A DNA stretch of 63,803 nt, the filler included, from Parachlamydiales bacterium (GTDB lineage: Bacteria > Chlamydiota > Chlamydiia > Chlamydiales > Parachlamydiaceae): assembly GCA_020051075.1 (NCBI GenBank). It is 3 parts of 3 records of this genome, joined end to end, with 100 filler letters (N's around TTAATTAATTAA, not from the genome) between each part and the next. Parts side by side here need not be neighbours in the genome. Positions count along the whole stretch, not along the records: positions 1 to 22,022 come from JAGVJP010000063.1; 2 more parts are not named here. One strand, given 5' to 3'. The stretch's first letter is position 1, and each line of letters opens with the position of its first letter. The translations under genes were made by a program, and so were the position numbers. This document shows positions 9,448-18,402 of the stretch, one piece after another. The notes under the pieces are model-generated. The model was not told the DNA's origin. It saw only the letters and a program-made list of their open reading frames with translations, and did no database searches.

Positions 9448-10238
9448 TTGTTGTTGATCTTGTCGATCTTGAATAGTAAGCGGGCGTTGGCTGCTGTTGC
9501 AGCAGCAACGGTTTCGACGGGAACCTGTTTCAATGCTGCGATGAAAGCAGCTGTCTCGGCGACGTAGGCAGGTTCGTTGGTCTTTCCTCTCTTAGTTTGT
9601 GGAGCAAGGTAGGGGGCGTCGGTTTCGATGAGGAGCTGATCCAGAGGAATGGCACGGGCCACTTCCTGAAGCTCCACACTTTTTTTGAAGGTGACGATTC
9701 CGCTCATCGAAATGAACCATCCCCTGGCGATGAGCTCTTCAGCCTCCGTCATCGTCCCGGTAAAGCAGTGAAGGACCCCTGGGCCGAGCTTACCACCCAC
9801 TCGGTATTCTTCATCCAGAATTTGGAACAGGTCATTGAAGGCTTCTCTGCAATGGATGATGACAGGGAGCTGGCATTCCAAAGCGAGTTGGAGGTAGCGG
9901 CGAAGGAAGTGTTTCTGAATTTGCCTGTTAGAGTATTCATAATGATAATCTAACCCTGTTTCTCCCACAGCGGCGAGATGCCCCTGCCGGGCGGCTGTTG
10001 CGATGGGGTCAAAGGCTTCTTCGCCCTCTTTTTCGACGTCGTGAGGGGTGGTTGCAGCAGCTTGGTAGATCCACGGGTGCTTTTGCGATAGCAGCAACCC
10101 TCTTTCAAGGGAGAGAGGGTCGGTGCAGATGTTAACGATGGCGTCGATGCCTGCTGCCTGTGCCCTGATTAAAATTTCTTCTACGTTCTCGAAGAGTTGA
10201 GAACTCGTTAAATGGGCGTGAGAATCGAAAAACATCAT
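9438..10238 (-). CDS. tatD: TatD family DNase
   Basis: DSHAH, GETGLDY, HCREA, HCFTG, ETDAPYL. Confidence 0.95.
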   Translation of the reverse strand: MMFFDSHAHLTSSQLFENVEEILIRAQAAGIDAIVNICTDPLSLERGLLLSQKHPWIYQAAATTPHDVEKEGEEAFDPIATAARQGHLAAVGETGLDYHYEYSNRQIQKHFLRRYLQLALECQLPVIIHCREAFNDLFQILDEEYRVGGKLGPGVLHCFTGTMTEAEELIARGWFISMSGIVTFKKSVELQEVARAIPLDQLLIETDAPYLAPQTKRGKTNEPAYVAETAAFIAALKQVPVETVAAATAANARLLFKIDKINNKTR

Positions 10239-12541
10239 TCGTTCAACGCAATTTCTTCTTTTGATTCTGCATCTTCGAGGTAGCTGAGGACAACATCTGG
10301 TGTCAGCACCTGAGGAAGGATCGTTGCTTTTGCCTCTCCGGGCTTATATAAGACATAGAGGGGGACGCTGTTCCGTCCAAACTTCCTTAGCTCTTCGGTA
10401 ATCGCCGGGTCGTTTTTAGTCCAATCGGCTTTAATACGAACGACGCCTGCATTGTCCAGCGACTTCACTACTTCGCCTGAGTTTAGGACGAGGTGGTTGG
10501 TTTGGCAGATCAAGCACCATTTCGCGGTGAAATCGATTAAAACTGGCCGTCCCTCTTGTTTCAGCTGTGCGACGAGTTCAGGTGAGAAATTCTGCCATCC
10601 TGACAATGAGTGCCCTTCTTGTTTTGAAGGGGTGTCTTCGACATCCCAGGTGTTGACAGGAAAGAGCATCGACTTGACTCCGAGGAAGGCGAAGAGTGCG
10701 ACGAAGCCAAAAGCGAGAACCCGTTTCTTCTTGCTGATCGAAGGGACACACCCTTTTCCATAGATCCAGCAGCTTATAGAGAGGAGGAAAAATCCCGCTA
10801 ATAGGCAGATGATAGAAAAGCTATTGGTTTGAGCGCTGAAAACCCAGAGGAGCCAAAGGACTGTGGCCATCAAGACGAAGCCCATCAGCTGTTTGAACGT
10901 TTCCATCCAGGGTCCTGGCCTAGGCAAAAACTTGAGGCAGGCGGGGAATCCGGCTAGAAGGAGGTAGGGGAAGCTCATTCCCATTCCCAGAGAGGTGAAG
11001 ATCAGCAATGCCTGGAAGGCCGGGAGGGTGAGGGCGAAGCCGACAGCCGAGCCGAGAAATGGGCCTGTGCATGGCGTGGCGACCGCAGTGGCGAGGACGC
11101 CGCTGAAGAATGAGCTTGCGTAGCCGTCCGACGAGCGATTTTTTTGTTGGACCTGCTTTTCTCCCGCCCAAGACGAGAGGAACATGCCCCATTCGAAGAG
11201 GCCGAAGAGGCTCAGAGCAAAGATAAATAAAATCGTTGCTAAAACGACCACAAAGAGGGGATGCTGCAATTGGAATCCCCATCCGACAACTTGTCCATAC
11301 GCCCGTAAGGAAAGAATCGCTGAAGCTAACGCCCAGAACGAGACGATGACGCCAAGAGAGAAGATCAATCCATGGCGGAAAGTGAGAGACCGGCTTTGCC
11401 CTGCCATTTTGACGAAACCCATCACTTTGAATGACATCACAGGCAAGACACAGGGCATCAAGTTTAAGATCATTCCTCCAATAAAAGCAAAAGCTAAGGC
11501 GAGGGCTAAGCCCCCTTCAAAAGAATGTCCATCGGAGGAAGTTTCAGACGCTGTCTGTTCCACATGGCGAATGTTGCTGCTAGGAACGGAAGCTAGGGTG
11601 AGTTCGGTTGTGTTAAGGTTGTTCATTTGGCTGTCAATCGCGATGGCTTCGATCCCGATTTCTCCGTTCTGCTTTTTAATGGGCAGGATGAGGATGCCTT
11701 GTAATTTTTCGGTTTGGGCCGCCTCTTCATCACCCTCTTTCATGTTGAGAACAAGCCGTTTCGGATTTCCTTCACTCTGGGTGATTGTTTGAGGCCACGA
11801 GAGGTCGAGTTGATTTTGTTCTTCAGGGAAGAAATAGATGTGTTGCTGCGCGTTGTCATCGAAGAGACTGTCGATTTGGGGGAGTTCCAGTTGGATAAAA
11901 CCCTCTTTTCTGGTTGATGGTAGGGTGAGATGTTTGACAGGGATTTTTTCTTTCGCTTTTGCAAATAAGGAGGCGCTGAGTCCGTTGGCCTTGGCGGCAG
12001 CTGCGCTCACCGTTAGAGGAATTTCCAGTGTTTTCTCTCCCGGTTGGCAAGATGTCGGAGAGCAGACAAGCCAAGAGATCTTTGCCTTCAAGGGGTGGTC
12101 TTTGTTTTCTTGCAGTTCTTTAGGTGGAGTGATCTGAGTGAGAAGAGTCACTTCGTTTTCATAGCCGAAGCCGGTCAGATCTTCAAAAGAAAATTTCTCT
12201 GGGAATGGCCATTCGAGGGGGCTGGCGGTAAATCCAGGGGGAAGGGCCCATTCAACTTTTACTGGGACACCGGCGTCGCCTGGATTTTTCCAATAGACAT
12301 GCCATTCCGGTTCAATGGTTAGATGGATAGCAGCCCAAAACGGGCGGCCTGGAGCAATCGTCTCCTCTTCTTGAAGCATTTTAACTTTCACATGAGGTTG
12401 ATTAGCTTCGGTTCTGTCCTTGTTTTCGGTTCCTTGAAGAGGAAATAAGGCAAAACCGGCGATGAGTAAAAGGAGCCATAGCAGCCTAATGTTGGTTTTC
12501 GGTGGATTGTTACTTTCCATTAAACGGTTAAACAGCATCAA
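10235..12541 (-). CDS. dsbD: Thiol:disulfide interchange protein DsbD
   Basis: WHVYWKNPGD N-domain, LNLMPCVLP, TPCTGP, C-terminal WCLIC thioredoxin. Confidence 0.93.
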   Translation of the reverse strand: MMLFNRLMESNNPPKTNIRLLWLLLLIAGFALFPLQGTENKDRTEANQPHVKVKMLQEEETIAPGRPFWAAIHLTIEPEWHVYWKNPGDAGVPVKVEWALPPGFTASPLEWPFPEKFSFEDLTGFGYENEVTLLTQITPPKELQENKDHPLKAKISWLVCSPTSCQPGEKTLEIPLTVSAAAAKANGLSASLFAKAKEKIPVKHLTLPSTRKEGFIQLELPQIDSLFDDNAQQHIYFFPEEQNQLDLSWPQTITQSEGNPKRLVLNMKEGDEEAAQTEKLQGILILPIKKQNGEIGIEAIAIDSQMNNLNTTELTLASVPSSNIRHVEQTASETSSDGHSFEGGLALALAFAFIGGMILNLMPCVLPVMSFKVMGFVKMAGQSRSLTFRHGLIFSLGVIVSFWALASAILSLRAYGQVVGWGFQLQHPLFVVVLATILFIFALSLFGLFEWGMFLSSWAGEKQVQQKNRSSDGYASSFFSGVLATAVATPCTGPFLGSAVGFALTLPAFQALLIFTSLGMGMSFPYLLLAGFPACLKFLPRPGPWMETFKQLMGFVLMATVLWLLWVFSAQTNSFSIICLLAGFFLLSISCWIYGKGCVPSISKKKRVLAFGFVALFAFLGVKSMLFPVNTWDVEDTPSKQEGHSLSGWQNFSPELVAQLKQEGRPVLIDFTAKWCLICQTNHLVLNSGEVVKSLDNAGVVRIKADWTKNDPAITEELRKFGRNSVPLYVLYKPGEAKATILPQVLTPDVVLSYLEDAESKEEIALNE

Positions 12542-12729
12542 ATTCAGCTCCTTGGTTTAGCGGCCCTCAGCAAAATTTCTAGCATCTGGGAGAATTGCTG
12601 AAGAGTCATCACAGTTCTTGACAAATAGGGTAATTTCAGAAAAAATGCTTGTAAATTCAACCCTAACATAAGAATCCGGATAAGTATTAAAGTTATTATT
12701 TTCATAGTCAAATTATAAAGGAATTGTAA

Positions 12730-13506
12730 ATGTATGTAAACACCATTCTGCTAAATGGTAATCCTTTTTTTGAAGCTTACTCGGGATCCGACGTTTTGGG
12801 TAAACTAATTTTTTTAGGATTATACGCTCTTTCAATTTGCAGTTGGACTGTATTATTACATAAACTCTGGGTGACGCATCAAGCGAAGAAACATGCGCGT
12901 CAGTTCTATGAGGCATTCCTCCTGCAGAAATTGAATCCTCTTAATTTAGATTGTGAAGGAATGAAGAAACGACAGAAAGTCAACCCTTTCTTGGATCTCT
13001 ACCAGGTTTTAAAAAAGCAGTGTTTAGATGTTTTGGCCAAAAACCGCCATTTCAATAAGCTCATGCAGAGCGAGGCGCAGCAGGAGGGAGGAGGGCAGAG
13101 TCAGCTTTCTCCGACATCATTGTCTTTAAGCGATATGGATTACGTGGCGTCTCACTTATCGACGCAAGTGGCCCGCCAAGTGAAATTTTTAGAGAAAAAC
13201 CTCTATATCTTATCGACGACAGTGAGTTTGGCCCCTTTTTTAGGGCTGCTTGGGACTGTATGGGGAATTCTTACCACGTTTTCAGAGATGCAGTCGCAGG
13301 CGGCTGGCAGCACACATCAGATGGTCCTTGGGGGATTATCCCTTGCATTGGCAACGACAGTCTTGGGATTGCTTGATGCGATCCCTGCTTTAATTGGGTT
13401 GAATTACTTAAAAAATTCTATCCGGGAGTTTACAACTGAAATGGATGGATTTTCAAACGATATTTTAGCTGCTGTTGAAATGCAATACCGCAGAGTGGAC
13501 AATTAA
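12730..13506 (+). CDS. tolQ: TolQ/ExbB/MotA proton channel protein
   Basis: APFLGLLGTVWGI, ALATTVLGL. Confidence 0.9.
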   Translation: MYVNTILLNGNPFFEAYSGSDVLGKLIFLGLYALSICSWTVLLHKLWVTHQAKKHARQFYEAFLLQKLNPLNLDCEGMKKRQKVNPFLDLYQVLKKQCLDVLAKNRHFNKLMQSEAQQEGGGQSQLSPTSLSLSDMDYVASHLSTQVARQVKFLEKNLYILSTTVSLAPFLGLLGTVWGILTTFSEMQSQAAGSTHQMVLGGLSLALATTVLGLLDAIPALIGLNYLKNSIREFTTEMDGFSNDILAAVEMQYRRVDN

Positions 13507-13507
13507 G

Positions 13508-13936
13508 ATGACGAGGAGCCGTCTAGTTTTTCCCAGTCGATTAGCTGATGAAGAGCCAACGGTCAATTTAACGCCATTGATCGATGTTGTGTTTGTGATC
13601 TTGATTATGTTCATTGTGATTGCCCCTCTCCTCGAGCTTGATCGTGTGGAATTGGCTGATGCTCCGCTGGCAGGTTTGGGTCAAGCGCACTCTGTTCAGG
13701 AGAGTAGCCCAATCACCATTCATGTTCTTCAAGACAATACGATCCGTTTTAACGATCAAATTGTCTCGCCCACAGAGTTGACGGCGTTGCTGCTAGACGC
13801 GAAGAGACATTATCCACAGGCCCGTCCTCAAGTTTTTCATGATCGACGCGCCTATTTTGGGACTTATCAATTGGTAAAAAATGCTGTTGAATCAGCAGGG
13901 TTCTCTCAGATCGACATTATTTTAAAACCTTCATAG
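13508..13936 (+). CDS. tolR: TolR/ExbD protein
   Basis: NLTPLIDVVFVILI; ATG 1 nt after the tolQ stop. Confidence 0.9.
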   Translation: MTRSRLVFPSRLADEEPTVNLTPLIDVVFVILIMFIVIAPLLELDRVELADAPLAGLGQAHSVQESSPITIHVLQDNTIRFNDQIVSPTELTALLLDAKRHYPQARPQVFHDRRAYFGTYQLVKNAVESAGFSQIDIILKPS

Positions 13937-13943
13937 AATTTAG

Positions 13944-14954
13944 ATGGCATCCTCTTACGACCCTTCATTATCTTTGTTAAGCCAACAGCCGAGACAAGGT
14001 TGGGTGTTGACCGCTTTGATCGTCGTTGCGATCCACCTTGGGGCAATCGCCTTTGTACTATTCTATTCTCCTGCTGAACCCCAGCTGAAAAAGAAGGCAA
14101 AAGTGATTGTCCAAACAGTCCAATTAAATTCACAACAGCGCATTCAACTGACAACGCCTGTGCCGCCCCGTCCTTTACCGGAGGCTGGAACGAAAGAACA
14201 GAATGAAAAAGTTGCAGCAGCACCTGAAGTTTCCCCTGCTAAGCCGAAAGCTCCGCCGCCACCAGCGAAGTCAGAGCAGAAGGAAGTGAAAAAAACTGAG
14301 CTGACTCAACCGGTCCAAAAACCTGAAGCTGTTAAAAAAACTGCTGCACCAGCCAAGCCGGCTCCCGCCAATGTTGCTAAACCTAAAGCACCTGCCCAGC
14401 CTCAAAAAAAACAGGTCGATGAAAAAGCCGAACTAGAGAAGAAGAAACAGCAGCGGGAAAAAGCCGAAACAGAAAAATTGAATCGAAAAAAGGCTGAAGA
14501 AGAAAAGGTCAAGCAGGAACGGCTCGCTGTGGCTTTAGGGGCATTAGGGAAATCTAAACAGTCGCGCGAGCAGATGCATCACCAGCCAGATCGGACCAGT
14601 CTAGAACAAGTGGCAGACCCGAAAGCCATCGAAAGTTTATCAATAGATGTTTGGTTGTCTGATCCAGGGGAAAAAGGGGACACTTGGGGTGTGCAAGAGG
14701 TGAATTATCGCGACCAGGTGGGAAAAACTCTCAAGTCCGAGTTGAAGTTGCCAGAATATGGGGCAGTCACGATGCGGCTGACACTCGATCACCTCGGAAA
14801 GGTGATTAAAGTTGAGATTGTGAATAGTCAAAGTTCAAAAAATAGAGCCTATGTAGAAAAAAACATCCCTATGCTATCATTTCCCCCTTTTGGCCAACAG
14901 TTTAAAGGAGAATTGCAGTGCACGTTCTCATTCATCTTAAAAAATCATTCTTAG
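13944..14954 (+). CDS. tolA: TolA/TonB-like energy transducer
   Basis: N-terminal TM with His, K/P/A/E-rich linker, TonB-C-like end; between tolR and tolB. Confidence 0.8.
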   Translation: MASSYDPSLSLLSQQPRQGWVLTALIVVAIHLGAIAFVLFYSPAEPQLKKKAKVIVQTVQLNSQQRIQLTTPVPPRPLPEAGTKEQNEKVAAAPEVSPAKPKAPPPPAKSEQKEVKKTELTQPVQKPEAVKKTAAPAKPAPANVAKPKAPAQPQKKQVDEKAELEKKKQQREKAETEKLNRKKAEEEKVKQERLAVALGALGKSKQSREQMHHQPDRTSLEQVADPKAIESLSIDVWLSDPGEKGDTWGVQEVNYRDQVGKTLKSELKLPEYGAVTMRLTLDHLGKVIKVEIVNSQSSKNRAYVEKNIPMLSFPPFGQQFKGELQCTFSFILKNHS

Positions 14955-14965
14955 GTTACATATAT

Positions 14966-16342
14966 ATGATATTTCTGTTTCGATTTACCTGTATGCTCTG
15001 CCCCTTTGTTTTCTCAGGATTGTTTGCCGCAATAGAGGAAGAGCCTACTGTGGTTGAATTAGCCACAGGAAGCAGCCTTGAACCGTTATATCTATTGCCT
15101 ATCGAGGGGAGGGCTTCCCATTTTGATCAGACTTATTTAGACAAACTTGAAGAGGTTCTAGCGTTTGATTTGAATCACAACGGCGTTACCCTCGTCGTTC
15201 AAGCGCTTGCCGATTGCGACCAGGCTGGACGAAGCACGCCGCCAGCGCAGCTTGCATCGATTGATCTATGGAAACGGCGTCATCTTTCCTATGTTGTCAA
15301 GTTGGAAGCTGAAGAGCAGTCTTTAGCCGTTGCGATCTTGGATGTGCAAAAGAAAGCCTTGAAAACCTCTGCCCCTTTGACGTTGTCTGGGAATTTTGCG
15401 GTAGATAGACGGACCATTCATCGCACCGCTGATCTCATCCATCGCACGCTATTTGGAGCCGATGGGATCGCTTCGACCCATCTCCTCTATGCGATGACAG
15501 TGAAAAACTCTCTCGATAGCAGCAAGTGGATTTCAGAAATTTGGGAAATTGACTATGATGGGGCGAATGCCCGTCAGTTAACGCATGACAACTCTTTCTC
15601 CATTACCCCTGTTTACCTGCCTCCCAAACCTGGCTTCAAGCCAGGCGGTTTCCTCTACGTCTCTTATCAGCAAGGTGAACCAAAAATCTACCTATCGACA
15701 TTAAAAGGGGGGAAACCGCAACGGATCATCTCTCTACTGGGGAACCAGTTTATGCCATCCATCTCGCGCCAAAGAGATGCAGTCGCTTTCATCAGCGATG
15801 TCACAGGCAACCCCGATCTCTTCTTCCAGCCTTTCTCTCCTGAACAAGGTGCGCAGGGGAAACCCTACCAGATTTTCTCTGCGAAACAGGCGACGCAGGG
15901 ATCTCCAACGATCAGTCCAGATGGCAAGCAGGTGGCTTTTGTCTCCAATAAGGATGGCTCGCCAAAAATCTATGTGATGCCGATTCCTGATCCAGGTGTG
16001 AGTTTAAGGGGTGTTCACCCCACCCTCATCACCAAACGAAATCGGGAGAACTCCGCGCCAGCCTGGTCGCCTGATGGCAGCAAAATCGCCTACTGCGCGC
16101 GGGGGAATGGGGATCGACAGATCTGGGTGTATGACCTCAAATCTAAAAAAGAAACACAGGTGACGGAAGGTCCAGGCAATAAGGAAAACCCCTCGTGGGC
16201 GCCTAATAGCCTCCATCTCGTTTATAACTCATCAGACCAAAACAATGGCGACCTCTTCCTGATCAACCTCAATCAGCCCGAACCCACTCAAATCACTGCT
16301 GGGAAGGGGGAAAAGCGGTTTCCTAGCTGGGAACCTCGTTGA
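14966..16342 (+). CDS. tolB: TolB beta-propeller protein
   Basis: DYDGANARQLT, PD40 repeats (SPDG, PAWSPDG, PSW). Confidence 0.93.
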   Translation: MIFLFRFTCMLCPFVFSGLFAAIEEEPTVVELATGSSLEPLYLLPIEGRASHFDQTYLDKLEEVLAFDLNHNGVTLVVQALADCDQAGRSTPPAQLASIDLWKRRHLSYVVKLEAEEQSLAVAILDVQKKALKTSAPLTLSGNFAVDRRTIHRTADLIHRTLFGADGIASTHLLYAMTVKNSLDSSKWISEIWEIDYDGANARQLTHDNSFSITPVYLPPKPGFKPGGFLYVSYQQGEPKIYLSTLKGGKPQRIISLLGNQFMPSISRQRDAVAFISDVTGNPDLFFQPFSPEQGAQGKPYQIFSAKQATQGSPTISPDGKQVAFVSNKDGSPKIYVMPIPDPGVSLRGVHPTLITKRNRENSAPAWSPDGSKIAYCARGNGDRQIWVYDLKSKKETQVTEGPGNKENPSWAPNSLHLVYNSSDQNNGDLFLINLNQPEPTQITAGKGEKRFPSWEPR

Positions 16343-16353
16343 TCAAAGATATG

Positions 16354-16583
16354 CAGGATAGCAAGCAACAGGATAAGCAAAAGGGACAAAACAGGATAGG
16401 CAGGATCGCTTCGCGGCAAGATAGACAGGATATTTTACAGGATGGGAAGGATAGGAAAGATGATGATAAAAAGGAGATAAACTTTTCTTTTATTGTTTGA
16501 TTGACTGGACTTTCCTATTATCTTGCTTATCCTACCGCGAAGCGATCCTGCCCATCCTGTTTTGTCTCTTTTGCGTATCCTGT
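16354..16583. repeat. Family B long imperfect inverted repeat
   Basis: Left arm CAGGATAGGCAGGATCGCTTCGCGGCAAGATAG, right arm CGCGAAGCGATCCTGCCCATCCTG; between convergent tolB and MATE. Confidence 0.9.
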
Positions 16584-16605
16584 GATGGGGTTGGGACATT
16601 TGTGT

Positions 16606-17982
16606 TTATGGTGTGGCTTCAAGGTGAGGGCTTGCCGTCATGGGCAAGGCCGATTCCAGCTTTTTCATGCGCCATTGGTAAAGGAGAGCGTTAACCGCAT
16701 ACGTGATCGCCAGCATCGACCAAAACTGATCTGCTGGAATCACGAAAACCTCAATTGCAACATACATGAATAGATATCCAATCATCCAGCACATTAATCC
16801 CATAAACAACGAGAAATTGGTGTCTTTAAAGGCCAAAACGTAGCTGATCGGAATGCATGCAAAGGTGGAAAATACAAAAGATGCCCATACGCCAAGGAAG
16901 ACATTTTTGATCGATTCTGGAGTCATCTCAACTTTGGAGAAGAGAAGGTCGAACGTTTGAAGGGGGAAAACAACGAGTGGAATGCCACAGAGAATAATAG
17001 TGGTGGATACAATCGTTAATCCAGATCTAAACGCTCGGTTTAACTCTAAGTAGCGCTTTGACCCTAAAAGGTGGGAAACCACTGTGATTTGTGCTTGACA
17101 AGTGGCATCTCCTAAGAAGGGGAGAAACAAAAATAACGTCCCACCCACCGACAGAACGAGTGGGTAATCCTCCTCTTTAGTTGTCATGAGGTGAGCGATG
17201 GCTGCCCAGCTGGTGATGATGAGAACTCGATTCATCGCTCTTAAGATTCCCGGTTGGATGCATTCCCAAAAGAGTTTGGGTTTAAATGTCCAATTGCTAG
17301 AACTGTAAATTTTCTTAAAATCGGGCTGCAGAAAAACACCCAGCAACACTAAGCAGAATCCCCCTTGTGCAAGGAAAGTGCTAAAAACTCCTCCTAATAA
17401 CCCCCATGCGGGGATCAGATTCCCCCAGCCAAAAATGAATAGATAGGCGAAGAGGATTTTTATCCCTTGTGAAATTAATGTTAAAACTAATATGAGTCGT
17501 GTTTTACCCTGTCCAAGAAAAAAGCAAGAGAGGGTGGCTGCAAGGGGAAATAGGAAATTAATCGAAAGCAGTGTTCGATAATAGGGCAACACAATGGCTT
17601 CAATGGAGGTCCCATGAAAGTAATATCTCTCATAAAGCAATCCGATCGGGACAGTGATCAACATGGACAGAAGAGAAAACCAGATGAATTGCCAGATTCC
17701 TGGACCAATCGATGTCCATTCTTGAGCTCCGTACCATCTTCCAACACAAACCTGAGCCATCATGGCTAGAGCAACAGTGGGGAGTTGCGTCACCTGGCAG
17801 GCATAAGCGGCACTGACGGCAGCTGTCATTGCTTCTGAAGATAGTTGTCCGAGAAATATTTTTTCGATAAAAAGAAAAAGACAGTTTGAAAAGGTCATCA
17901 ATAAGATGGGAAAGAAAAGGAGGAGCAATCCTTTTATTTTCCCATCTAACAAGAGAGATGGTCTCTCAGATAATCTTTGCAT
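16606..17982 (-). CDS. MATE family efflux transporter
   Basis: About 12 TM helices; FIEKIFLGQL, FFLGQGKT, IFGWG..P..GLLGG, VSHLLG; start taken at MQRL. Confidence 0.85.
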   Translation of the reverse strand: MQRLSERPSLLLDGKIKGLLLLFFPILLMTFSNCLFLFIEKIFLGQLSSEAMTAAVSAAYACQVTQLPTVALAMMAQVCVGRWYGAQEWTSIGPGIWQFIWFSLLSMLITVPIGLLYERYYFHGTSIEAIVLPYYRTLLSINFLFPLAATLSCFFLGQGKTRLILVLTLISQGIKILFAYLFIFGWGNLIPAWGLLGGVFSTFLAQGGFCLVLLGVFLQPDFKKIYSSSNWTFKPKLFWECIQPGILRAMNRVLIITSWAAIAHLMTTKEEDYPLVLSVGGTLFLFLPFLGDATCQAQITVVSHLLGSKRYLELNRAFRSGLTIVSTTIILCGIPLVVFPLQTFDLLFSKVEMTPESIKNVFLGVWASFVFSTFACIPISYVLAFKDTNFSLFMGLMCWMIGYLFMYVAIEVFVIPADQFWSMLAITYAVNALLYQWRMKKLESALPMTASPHLEATP

Positions 17983-17996
17983 TGGTTTTGAACTGA

Positions 17997-18401
17997 TTAT
18001 TCCTTTCCGAAGAGATAAGGTGTGCATTCCCCTTCATTGCAATGCATAATTCGATGAAGAGCCACATCATTGAATAACTCATGCTCGGCGCAAGGTCCTC
18101 CTGGACAGTAATTTTCCCAGCACCATCCTTCAGCGGTCATTGTGACGACGAATGGTTGGTGTCTGACATGACCGTCTGAATGAATGAATGTGACATAATA
18201 ATATGTCGCATGATTCTCTTCGTCATTTTCTGCCTGTTCTCCGGCACGTAAAACATAGAGGTAAGGGATTTTCAAACCCCTGAGCATTTTCTCTGCCTTT
18301 AATCCAGGAATATGACCCACCCAAGCAGGATGATTTTGGATTTCCTGATTGACCCTACTCAGTTTGGTTAGCTCAAAATCTAAAATAGCTTCTTGTGACA
18401 T
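17997..18401 (-). CDS. Small SH2-domain-like protein
   Basis: W-VGHI...AEKML...YVLRAGE (FLVRES equivalent)...YYVTF...VRH follows the SH2 pattern. Confidence 0.7.
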   Translation of the reverse strand: MSQEAILDFELTKLSRVNQEIQNHPAWVGHIPGLKAEKMLRGLKIPYLYVLRAGEQAENDEENHATYYYVTFIHSDGHVRHQPFVVTMTAEGWCWENYCPGGPCAEHELFNDVALHRIMHCNEGECTPYLFGKE

Positions 18402-18402
18402 G

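Noticed and set aside
5768..12322. Many antisense or alternate-frame ORFs within sdh, tatD and dsbD (and other core genes)
   Set aside because: Shadow ORFs of well-supported genes
16497..16773. Short ORFs over repeats (also 32117-32317, 32326-32529, 63208-63534, 39638-39877, 55765-55953, 22199-22474)
   Set aside because: Low-complexity translations of repeat elements with no independent coding evidence
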